A DNA stretch of 64,000 bases from Leidyana gryllorum EB-2025a (lineage: Eukaryota; Protista; Apicomplexa), in contig JBLWGC010000109.1 in NCBI GenBank assembly GCA_048772705.1, forward strand, positions 248,001-312,000. The letters are read 5' to 3'. Below, piece by piece: positions 1 to 12,700 of this stretch. Every line of letters begins with the position of its first letter. Position 1 is the stretch's first letter. Under the pieces are notes generated by a model, which saw only the letters and a list, made by a program, of their open reading frames with translations, was not told where the DNA came from and did not search any database. The position numbers and the translations under genes were made by a program.

Positions 1-572
<572 letters not shown>

Positions 573-638
573 TGATTGGGTTGGAAAAATTTGGATCGTC
601 AATGGGAGGAGGCGGGATGATGGAAAAATTCTCAGTCA

Positions 639-3482
639 ATGCCCCCCAAATCGGCTCCGCGGAGCGGCACTAGACGCCGACGCGGCGGGAACCACCACCA
701 CAATAATAAGAAGGGATCCTTATCGAGTCCCCTTTCGAGTGACAAACGTCGGATTGACAAGGTGAACGATGAGACTTTTGGTACCACAGATGACATGTGG
801 AATGGTATGGACTGGCAACCGGAAGATAAACTGGTAGCCGAGTTTGAAGAGTTCAAATTACGGCAAAGATACAGCAGCCATCACGAGCAGATGCGACGAG
901 CGCCTTCGCCGCCGCCGGCCAGCGACCCGTTGGCGCAGTTGGCCGGTCGTCTGGATCAGGAGGACATCTTCCGAGGTTGGTCGAGCGCGATCGAAACGTG
1001 TGTGGGGGGGGGCGGAGAGGTAGGTTATTCTTCCATCCACCCCCTCCCGCCGCGTTATCGGGAAGCTGTTCACAGTGCGTTTCCTCGTCTTCATCAGCAA
1101 CCGAGTTTAGAACAGCAGGTGCCGCCGTCTACTGCGCCCCCATTGTTTGCCCGATCACAGCCCGTGTCTCCCAGCGGTGGAGGGCCAACAAGTTCATCAT
1201 CTGCAGTGGGGCGTGCCTATCATGCTGCTGCTGCTGCTGCTACGAATCATAATAATAATAATAATAGTCCTCATCATCCTACGCATCCTTCTTACAATGT
1301 GAATCACTCTCACCACTCATTAATGAGCCCGCAGCAGCAGCACCACCACTCTCGGCAAGCGTACGTCGTATCGTCGCCGTCGCCGACGACGCACTGTGGT
1401 CGAGTGGCGGCGTGTGGAGGTGGTTCTCCGACCGGCGGTGCTCTGTTGTCTCCGCTGACGAAGGCTCACCGTCAGCAAGTTATAGAGACGGGAGCGAGTA
1501 TTCCGCCAGGTTGGCTGACAGCGAGTGATTTGCAGCCTGGAGAGAATGGGCGAACTTGGATGACGAATTCTGAGGTGGACGCAGTGTTGCGTACTCAACT
1601 GAACCTGATGGAGAGAGCGAATCAAGCTCTTACCCGACCCCAGACTATAAAGCTGTCGAATGAGCAGCAGCTATCAGCTGAAGATCCGCCTTCGGCTGGT
1701 AGCAATTCATTTGGACGAGGGAGTTATTCATCTGCGCGAGGGCCGCGGGAGGCCTTGGATGTTGAAATTGGAGCCATGCACACTTCTGTTTCGCCCCCTA
1801 CTGCTGGTTCACCGTCACCTCCTCTGTGTGATCACCGATTGGCTGCCTCGCCGCCGCCCTCTGCCTCTGCATCTCCGCAATCAATGGTGGACTATGGCGG
1901 AAGTCTGTGTACCTGTGATGTGAACGGATATCTCGGGGCCGACTTTTCGGGTGTGGAATGCGAAGGTCGGACCAACAACTCGTGTTTGAGGACAAATGCG
2001 GCCGCAGCCCGCACTGTTTTGTTCGAGTTGGAACAGGCTTTAGGCCGATTGGCGGTCCTGAAAGAGCTCGAACGACGCGCCGAACAACTCAACGACCCCA
2101 ATGTACTCATTGAGACAACAATCCTCCTACACTCCCTCTTTGTCTCGTTGACTAATCTGCCTGCGATACCCCTACGCGAAGTTTCCTTCACCATCCCGGG
2201 ACGCCGATTACTACTGATTTCCGCCTACGACAAGGGACTACGCCTCACAGGCGAAACTTGGCAAACGCTTCTGCAACCTCCCGCAGTGCTCACCCTCAAT
2301 CCGAATAATCCCACGCTTGACTGTGACGCAGCCGTCAAGGTTTTGCTATATTCCTCGTTCCGTCAGTGCAGGTATATCACTGCTGTTTGTAAACGAGTTT
2401 CGTGCGCTCTCTTCTACGACACTTTTTTACGACTGCTCAATCATACTCTGGCCTCCCGGTCCTCCATGCCGCTCCGAGGACCGGGTTGCCCTCTCAATTT
2501 ACTGGAACGCTTGGCCTGGGACCTCCTCGCACGCAACCGCATCGTTGACCCCGACGAAGTTCGTGCCTATGAGGGGCACCCACATTTGGTTCGTATATAC
2601 CTGCTCATGGTGGTCACTCTCTGTCGTTTGATACAAGAGTCACCTGCCAATGAACTATTCGCTCGCCTGGCCGCCCTCTGTCGGGTCTTCCTGACGGGCT
2701 ATGTCGAGTTGATCGCTGGCAGAGATCCTAATATGTTAGAAGGATGTCTGCTGGTCCCCGATGATCGCCATGAAGCATTGCTGGCTACACCTCCGATGAG
2801 CTGCATAATGTTTATCATCTTGGCCGGCCTCCAATTATGTTCCTTTGAGAACCCACCCTCAATTACATTGGCCCAAGCCCTCCGACAAGTTGCTGAACTA
2901 TCTGCGAACCCCAGTGTCAGCGCAGAAGAAGGTTTGAGACGCATGCCAGACCGGTAAGTACCAATCGTCAACACTAACCCCACTCCACGTGTGTTTGTGT
3001 GTGTGTGTGTGTGTTCGTGTTCGTGTTCACCCGGTGTCTCCGTGTGTGTGCGCGGTGGGTTTCATTCACTGCTCTGCTCTCAAAGTTTGTCTTGATTCCT
3101 GATGCTGCTTGCACAAGCGCCATCTTGGCCTGCTGATCTGAAGCTGTTTGGTCTATTTTTTCTCTCTTGCAGGGGAATTGTCTACATTATGGTGGCGATT
3201 ACAGCGCGCGTGATGATTCGTCAGAGTTTGCGCCTGGAGGGAGTTCTAACTCGAGCCGTTGTGCAGCCGTCATTGGCCCCTACGACTTTGACAGTGGACG
3301 TTAACATAGCTGGAAAGTTGAACGCATTGGTACCAGCGGCCAATTGTTTATATGGGGTGGTGGGGTTAGCCCTAAAGGATGAGGAGATAGAGGGTGTCAT
3401 GAAGCGAGCGACAGCGAGCAACGGGTGCTCCGCTGAAGGCTACTTGATGGCGCTGCATAGTCGGTTCCAATGTGAGCCGTGA
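639..3482 (+). CDS. PAT1: Pat1/PATL-like mRNA decapping activator; intron 2954-3172
   Basis: N-terminal NDETFG, P/H-rich region, WMTNSEVDAVLRTQL and SFGRGSYSSARGPREALDV resemble Pat1 motifs; helical C-terminus; CG|gtaagt...ttgcag|G joins the 639 ORF in frame to the 3102-3482 ORF. Confidence 0.72.
2989..3050. repeat. (GT)n / (TTCGTG)n microsatellite in the PAT1 intron
   Basis: Directly visible. Confidence 0.9.
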
Positions 3483-3648
3483 GCGGGACTCATTGATCTA
3501 CCTCTATTTCATAGGCTATCTAACCCCAGCCCTCGCATCTGGGTTGATCCCCCAACCCTACCTACCTTACCTACCACTCAGCTTGGATCAAAAAACATAG
3601 ATCAGCGCATCAAAGTATCCGCTGCGCGAGTAGTGAGTGAGGGGAACG

Positions 3649-3670
3649 CTCTCTCTCTCTCTCTCTCTCT
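3649..3670. repeat. (CT)n microsatellite upstream of the giant ORF
   Basis: Directly visible. Confidence 0.9.
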
Positions 3671-3783
3671 TGAGACTTTGCATTGGTTGACCGCTTGATA
3701 GACAGTTTGTGTCTCTGTGGTCTCAAAGTATTCTACATCTGTCTGTCTCGCTTGTGCTCTCACAAGATCACTTCTGACTGACA

Positions 3784-6700
3784 ATGAACCCTCTCGACTC
3801 TGTGCCGGCCTTGGCAACGGCGCTCACTGCGGCCAGTGAGGTGCCAGGAGAGGAGCGTGAGACGTTGGGGGGATCTTGTTCGACTTTAATAGAGCAAGAA
3901 GAAGAGGAGATAAAGCTGCACAGTCGTGCCGCGAAGCGAATTCAGGCTCCTCAGCCGCGCGTGATTACCGCTGCCAATGCGCAGCCCAAGAAGACAGCCG
4001 CCAAGTCCACGGCGAAGACAAAGGCGACGGTTCCGACTACAACTGGTGGCGAGGATGCGTCTGGTCGGCAAGGAGAGAGGCGGCGGATGGCGGGTTCGGC
4101 GATTGGTGGCAGTGACGGGAATCCGATCACGCCTCAGGAGTCTCTGGATGGGCCTGCGGGCGTACATGAGCGAAGTGGTCCGGCTGAGAACATGGAGGTT
4201 GCGGCCGCGGTCAGTTCTCCGAAGGAGTCTCGGGCTCGTACAGAAGTTATTGAGGAGGGTGGTGACGCTACTGCTCTTCAACGGCGGCTTCAGGCTAAAT
4301 GTTTTCAACACTTCTGGATGAACGGTCGGAAGAAGGACTTTCCGGAACACCTTGGACGTTTGTGGGAAGAGTTGCAACTCTCTGGTCTGATAGCCGCTGA
4401 CAGACAGTACAGAGATATCCGAGAAGAGATCGTCTCGAAGGCCCTAAAGGCTGGTTCCCTCAAGCGAATCCAAAATGCTGATGCCGCCGAGTCTGACAGT
4501 TTGAAGCTTTCCGGGTCATCGGCCCCATTTCCGCGGCCGCAATACGATGCCGATATCCAGCGGCTCCTCGCTGGAGACGAGTTGCGGGAGGGCACACTGG
4601 TTGACAATCTGATGCCTGAAACCCTCGCCGTCCAGACGTTTCTCGACCAGAATGGGAATGACAGGAGACTGAGAGGAGAAGGAGGAGCGGAGGTCAACAC
4701 GAAGAGGACTGAAGCTAAGAAGGCGAAAGAGCTCGCGGAGCACCAGAAGAAGAAGGAGGAGATGGAGAAGATGCAGAAGGAGGGAGTGCAGGAGTTACGG
4801 AATGCAGTGGGTGCGCTTCTTCGTCAGGTGAAGGAGGACGGAAACCAAGCGAAACGCACCAAAGCGGTGGGGACGGCTAAGGGGACGGCTCAGCACCCGT
4901 CCAGGAGAGGAGATCAACAGACTCCGGAGGGAGACAACTCTGATGATAGCGGATCGGATTACAGTTACCAAACGGGGGATTCCTTACTGGAGGGTCCCTT
5001 GGGAGATCTGCTGACGAGTCTGGACTCCAAAATGGGGTCGCGTTTGCCAACTGAAGAAGTCAATCCGTTAGTGGACGCAGAACATATCCGTTACAGCGAC
5101 GACCGGCTGTATGTGGAGGAGTTCTCGTTGCTTCAGTTCCGGATGGATGGGTCCGAGAGAGTTGACTATGAGACCACCTGGGACGACGTTCAGCCGGGAA
5201 CGCCCGGGTTGGCGAGGAACAAAGGGGTCGCGAAGGCCAAAGCGAAGGCGAAGGCGAGAGCCAAATCCAGGTCGAGGGCCCCCCCTCGAGGCACTGCTGA
5301 GGATGCGATTGACATTGACTCTGGCCCCCAGTCGAGTGTGAGTATAGCGGCTGAAGGGTACGCGACCGCCGAAATGGAGGAGGCGAAGGCTACAAACGGT
5401 TTGCTGAGATGGTGGACGCAAATGATACCTCGACCTCACAAGATGGCCAAGGGTCTCATCACGGGAGTGTATCGGTGCAAGAACGAGACGGACATAAATG
5501 GGGGCGGTGAGCCGTTGGAGTTGGTGGACGAAGATGCGACCACTCTGTGCGAACACCGACGGTGGTACCACAACCAAATGCTCCGATATATGCACCCGGA
5601 TCCGCTGGAGAATATGAGTGAAGCTGGAGATGAGATGGTGGTGGACGAACACGGGCACATGACCGCTGCTGAGTATTACTGGGAGAAGATCGAGGCGAAG
5701 GGAGGCTATTTGTTGCAGATGGGGGCGTTGGACAAATCTGTTGCGGGGTACGTACTGCCGAACACTGTCGATCAGTGGGCCGCGGGAGGTCGGATCCTGA
5801 GATCTGTTTACGGCATGTGGATCCAGAGTTGGAAACAGGATGTCCGCTACCGGCTGTCGGACTATATGTCTATGCGTCAAAAGACGCATGTGATGATTCT
5901 GGCCATTGATCGGTTGTTTCCCCCCGAGACTCGGGCTCAATTGTCTGTGATCAGTCGTTACATGAAGGATATGCCCAATAATTGTGAGTTCATAGTGGCC
6001 ACTCGAGAGGAGCCCTGGCAAGTCCGAGAGTATTTCGCTCTCCACGAATGGAGTTACCCCATCGGCCACGCCAGTACAACGGCTATGAGGGTGCTGACGG
6101 CCAGGAGACACGACTTGGGGGGGCCTTTAGGCACCTTTGACAAGTGGACCGCCGGTGTGAGTCTCTGGAACTGCAACGGGAGACGGCTGTATATCCACGA
6201 AGGGTATATGGCAGATCTGCGACTGGCAATGATACCGATTATGCTGTGTATGTATTGGCGGACAGTGCCGTGCGAGCGTCTTATCGGCGTTCCGTGTACG
6301 GCCATGTGTTGGGGTGGTGACGCCAAAGTGGATTCCATTCGGGAGGACGGGATAAAGCTGATGTGTAATGTGCACCCGCAGTTGTTGAATGTGCGTCAGA
6401 CAATGCACGAGCGAGTGAAACAGGCGACGGCACCCTTGACAGTGTACTACCAGACCTGGAAGGGGACGACGAGTTTTGCCGAATGGACTCAGCGATACAC
6501 TGAGCAGTGTTCTAAGCCGCCCCACTGTTATTTTATTATCCATCTCGAGGGAATGGATCAGAATCCTTTACTTTTGAAACATTTGTTCGACCAATACATT
6601 ATCGCTCAACCATTACTCGCTTCCGCGCGGGCGTATATGATGCTATCCATAAAGCCCTCGAACGGATGGGCGGCAGACGTCAAGCCGTCCAGCCCACCCG

Positions 6701-9700
6701 TGAAGGATCCGCCGTTCCACATTACGGACGACTTTGACACTTTCGGCCGGTTCTCATATCCCGTCATACTCGATGGACAAAAAGGGCTACTGGAAAGTTT
6801 GGGTTTGGTGATCTCTCCGCCGATTACAGGAATTGTGTGTAAAATTGTTGTGGTCGATAAGAATCTCAATGTCTATTACAGAGATCAGAGTGCGCGTACC
6901 TCCTGGGCACTCGGCCAGGCGCTACATGTCTGGCAAACACATTATCTGACTCTAACGCCCGATATACTCGAATACCCCATTCTGGACTCCTACACACTCT
7001 ACGCTCAATGGATGTGGAAGTACGCCTACAATCCCAATTCGTTGGCTCCGAGGGATTTGGCGCCGATTGAGCGGCCGGAGTATCAGCATTTGCCGATTCT
7101 GGTGTTTGTGAAGAGTGTTGCTTACAAAGGCCCGTGTCGCACACACGTGCTATGGTGCCGAAACAATCTGCCCGAGCCGCTGTTCACTCAGAAACCGTTT
7201 CTGCAGTGTTTGAATCTGATTGACTACAGATATCCGACCAGCATCTGTTGGACGGGGCGGTATCCGGAGTGTCGTATGACAGGCACCTTTGCCACGCCCA
7301 AAGACATTGCCGGCCAGATCTGGGCTCGAGACTACTGGAGCCATCGGAGTGCCCGACGGCTCGCCGCGTGTCCGGACTACCCGTGCGAAATGTATGCCGA
7401 CGGCGTGAGACCGTTCTCGACAGTTCCGCCTATTCGTCTAAGTAAGGGACGGCGTCGAGCGGGTACCGGTTACGTCAAGCCGACCGTAATACCGGAAGTC
7501 GATGTCAAACTCGTTGGGGCGGCAGCCTGGGAACTGACCCGCGATGAGATCTGGCCAGAGGTTATGGTGGACCCAGACGCTTTGACCGCCCCGCCGTTCC
7601 CCTGGAAGTGTTACGGCACTCCTCAGTTGACCGAAACCCACACCAAATGGGCAGCTCTGTTCCCGGAAGGCTTTGATTTGACGTGTCTCCCTCGCGCGCG
7701 GACTCCAACGCCTCCCCGGTCGTCTGTGTACCTGTGCAGATCTCAGGGCAAGAGATACCAAATTCGAATGCTGCACCCCGGAGCCTATGTGCCCGACTCG
7801 GAAGAAGAGGAGGAGATCCGTAAGGAAGAAGCGATACGGGAAATCTCACGGGAGAAACTCCGGCTGCAGAAGATCCGACAAGAAACGAGGAAGCAGTCGT
7901 CGTGGCGTCCGCTGGAAGGAGACTCCGACGGTGAATCTGAAGTCGAGCGGGAAGCCCCTCTTCACAATATACTGGAGCCCGCTGTTGAGATCAACGAACT
8001 GACCGACGGCAGAGAACACCCGGTGCCTGGCGTACTTCTCGACCCGATGGAATCGCAAACCGCTGCAAAGAGACGCACACAGGTCACCTTCAAAAGCACA
8101 CCAACCAGCTGCGTGAGTTATGTCATCGAGACCGGCCCGCTGCGCAAACCCGGCCCGCCAATGGAAAGGATACCCGCTCCTCTCGACCGGGGCAACAAGA
8201 AACGCCCCCAGCTGCAACCCGACTCTGACGTTGAATCCTACGAGGAGGAGAGTGATAACAACTCGGCCGTCGATCCCAGTTATCGCCCCACTCAGAGGCC
8301 CACCAAACACCTGAAAACCGAAAACGGGCCCGCCGCCGCTCCCGTCGAGAAGAAGGGACCCGTCACGCGGGCGGCCAAGTTGACTCCAGCAGACAACAAA
8401 GACGCAGAAGAAGAAGAAACCTTCGAGGCGGAGCGGCGACGGAAAGCGTGCGAGTTGATGACCCGTCAGAAGATCACCCGGAAACTCCAAGAAGCCTGTC
8501 GGCCCAATGACAGCTTTGTTAGTCAAGTCTCCAATGAAGTCGCTGCAGGCCCGGACCCCAAAGCGCTGCGTGCCCGGGTGCCGTCAGGCTCAAAACGGAA
8601 AGTGCAGACCGCAGGCTCAGTGCCCTCGGACAACGAGGAAGACGCCAAGGTGGCCGAGTTGATGCTGCGGACAATGAACTTACCGCAGAATCTGTACCGA
8701 AAGGGGAAGTTCCTAACAGCCGCAAACTCGGACGTCGCGCCGGACGAGTCATTCTGCTCTGATTTGGATCAAAAACGTCGCGAACTATTGATCAAAGCCA
8801 ATGATCTGGCGCCACGAGCATTCAAAGTTATCTGTCTTCCGGCCACCGGCGCCGATGTGTGGGACAGAATGTTAGCCCCCAACCATCCCGATGCTCGAGG
8901 ACGTGTTGGAATCCATGGTGGTGTTGTCTTGTATCTGGGCACTGAGCTCATCAAAAGACCTCACAAACTTTACTCTCTGAAGCCCCAAGAGATATCCAAC
9001 AACTCAGCCTCCTTGGTGCTCCAAATCGCACACGATCTCAACGAGACGAACAACAATGGCCCCTTAGTCTATCGCCTCGAACGAGACCAACCTGCACTCT
9101 ATCTGTACAACAGCGACAATATATCCTTCCTCGTCGTAATACACCCTCCCGACCCCCAAGTGGACGACGACGAAGATAAATCCTCAGCCGTGGACAATCA
9201 AGCACTCGGTCCCGATCAAAGACTCGGTGCCGATCAAACACTCGTTAACGATAAACAATTCGCTGTCTTCCAACGAATCTATATCCTCCTCAAACCCGTC
9301 AAAGTCACACGCCCTCCGCCAACTCCCACTCAAGGCCAATACATCACTTTGGCCGCCGATCGGGATGGCATTCCCAGGAAAGATCAGAGACACTTTGTGG
9401 CCCACGGACTCGGATTCATCAATTTCCGCGATATGGAGCCATATCAGGACAACGTCACACGAAAAACACGCAAAGCTCTATCTCCAACCGCCATCCAAGA
9501 GGCACCCGCCGGCAAGAAACGCAAAGTCCAACCCTCAAAACCAATCTCAGACGATCAACAAGCCCAAACACTCAATCCAAACCCACCCCAACCAGCCACG
9601 TCCACCAATCAAGTGCCAACAGAAACCATCGCCAAACGGCAAAGATCAACCCGATCAAACAAAGTCACACCCACAATTACAGACGAGGCTATCGAAACCA

Positions 9701-12700
9701 AACCCGCCCCTTCGCGAACCCGTCAGCCGTCCAAGCCGACGACTACTCGTGTCCTCAGATCCGCAGGCACGCCCAACCAAGATGTTACTGAAGCTCAACA
9801 AGCTCCCGCAGCCAAGACTTCGCCGCCTCGCAATCAGCCGAGGACGCGCAAAATGTCCAAGTCTCCGTTTCTCGAGGGTACACCCGAAGAAGAGCAGGTG
9901 GGCAAATTTGGATCGAACAAAATTGCCCCCAAACCCGCCGGAAGACGAGCTGCCGATGCAAAGCCCAAAATCAAGGAAGAGGATCATGTTAAGCCACCCG
10001 CCAAGCCGAAAGCAGCCACAAGGAAAGGGTCGAGTGCATCCAAGCCAGTAGAAATCACTCCCTCAGCGTCACTGTCCTCCAGTGCCTATTTTACTCCACA
10101 GCTCGCCGAAGAGGCACACGCGTGTGCTCCAGGTCCAGCACATGGCAAAATCAAGGAAGAGGATCCTGTTAAGCCACGCGCCAAGCCGAAAGCAGCTACA
10201 AGGAAAGCGTCGAGTGCATCAAAGCCAATGAGAATCAATTCCGCAGAGTTCCCCCCAAGTTCCTACATTACTCCGAAGCTCACCGAAGAGGCACACGCGT
10301 GTGCTCCACAACCAGCACAGCGAAGAACCACCAAAAAGCCACAAAACCCAGTCGATGTCGATCAAGCGTCTGCCCCCGCTCCCAAACGCAAAGGAACGCG
10401 GTCAAATCCAAGCAGTGCTGCGATCTCTTCCAAGCAGGAACCCATCGAGGAGGAATTTGAGGGTATCAGTACAAAGGTGGTCGAACGCAAAATTCATGAC
10501 CCATTGAAGACCGAGGCAAAGGCTGCTGCGGCAAAGGCTGCTGCGGCAGAGGCAGCTGCGGCAAAGGCTGCTGCGGCAAAGGACGCTGCGGCAAAGGTTG
10601 CTGCGGCAAAGGTTGCTGCGGCAAAGGCTGCTACGGCAAAGGCTGTTGCGGCAAAGGCTGCTGCGGCAAAGGCTGCTGAGGGGCGTGGTACATCGAAGTC
10701 GCGATCCGCCAAAGGGGTCACACCTGAGGCTCAACAATCGGGAACAGACCCAAATGAAGCATTGGAGAGGCCCAGCTCTGGGGCAGAGGCGGTGCCGAAA
10801 CGAGGCAAGCGGTCAGCGTCCAGGACTGATCCACAGAGTGCGAAGGAAGCTTCGGGAGAGGTAAAGATGCGGTCTGCTGGAGGTAAATCACCTGCAGCAG
10901 CCGGTGAGACCGTCCGGCAGTCTCGTGCCAAGGCGCGAGCTGGACTGAGAAGCGGCGCGCGGCGAGAGTCCGGTGATGAGTCTCAATCGTCCCCACCAGA
11001 GGTTACCTCAAGTTCGGTGGCCCAAGGGGCTGGGCCAAGTACAGAACGAGGCAGAGGAGCGGCTGCTGGCACGACTGTGAAACGGCGAGGTGCAGGACAG
11101 AGATCTGCGGAGGTTCCGCAGGCGGCCCCCGGGAGTGATGAAGCAAGTGACTTTGACGAGGAGGTCTCAGAGAGCAGCGAGGTGGTACCTGCGGGCGAGG
11201 CGCACAGAACAGCTGGATTGGAGGGTGCTGACAGGATAATTGAGGCAGCAAGGCACATAAAAGCCCGCCTTCGTGCGGCAGAAGCGAGGGATCATACACT
11301 GGCGAGGGTGCGTACATCTACGATTGTGATGGAGACAACGGCACGAGCATTTAATGTTATTGCAATGAATGAACTGATGCGTATGGGTTGTACTATGGAT
11401 ATGGTGCATGGACTGTTGAATCGGCGACAAGCAGCCCAAGCACGGGGAGCTGGAAGTGAAGATTTAGATGTATTAGCTGTTGACGCCCTCTTCACACCGG
11501 AGATTACCCAAGCTGCATTAGAGTTTGTCGCCGAACGACTGATGTTATACGACCCCGCCACTGATAAGGCTTGCGGCCCACTTGACGAAGCTGCCACACA
11601 CTTACTCGAACATTTGGAAACGTGCAGACAAAGTTCGCCAGAGGCCCCCGCCAACAGCAAATCGTGCCGAGCAGCTGCCAAGCAGTCGTCCAAAGCTAAG
11701 CAAGGCCGAGCCATAGAGGTGGTGCACCGTGATCGTCAACGTTCTCGGATTCCCAAAGAGCAGCGAGTCATCACTGTGGAGACGTTACAGAAGCGTCAAA
11801 GCTCAACGAAACGGACTGCGGTCAGCAAGGGCACTAGTCTGAGCCGTACTACAACGGTTACAAACGTTTCGTGTGAACGAATCACACCAGAAGCCACAGA
11901 AGCGCCCCAAAGCGCTCCACGCAAGCTCTCAGCACCTGACGAGCAGCTTTCACCGCATGCTGAAAGTCGTCGATGTTCTGTCAGTGCGCCGCCAAAAGGA
12001 CAGCTGCCATTGACGGAGGAATCGTATCCAACGGAGACTGAGCAAATAGCGCCGAGAACCCCAATCACTATGATGACACCCAAAAGCGACCTTCCGGCAC
12101 CATCCTTAGTACCCTCGGAATCCTCTTCGTCTTCTGTTAAGTCCGAAAGTGTACAACAGCCAACGGTAGTCCTCCGCCCCGTCAAACCGCGGGCGAGCAA
12201 AGCTCGAGCCAACGCAATGTCGGCCGCCTTGATGGCTGAATCTGATAGTTTGAGTTCAGAGGGCGGACATGAGATGCCTTCTTCGAGCAGCGGTACCGAA
12301 CGTGCAGTTGTAAGACGACAGCCACGGGCCCACACAGCCAGTGTCAGCGTCTCCCATGAGGATCTCGACCAAGTTATCCGGAATCTGGAACGAGGGGCGT
12401 CTGCGACTGATCAGTCCACCAAGGGGCCGTCTCACACAGCTGCCACTATACTCAATGGACCCACACCATCAACTTCTCCAAATGTCCGGAAAGAGGACTG
12501 TGATCCCCACGGCCAACATCAACGAGTTGTTGACCAACTCATCGACAGAGCTGTCCGGAGCACCAGTCGCAACCCCAAACGTGGCCGTTCTGCTTCCCGC
12601 GACCGTCAGCTCCTAATCGAGCTCCAAGCCCCCCAACCGAAAAAGACCCGTCAGCGAGTCAGTCGAAGCCGAGCACCCGTCCCCCTCGTCGCGGTCCCGC

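Noticed and set aside
3520-3580. TAACCC/CCCTA words as interstitial telomere repeats
   Set aside because: Irregular and too few copies
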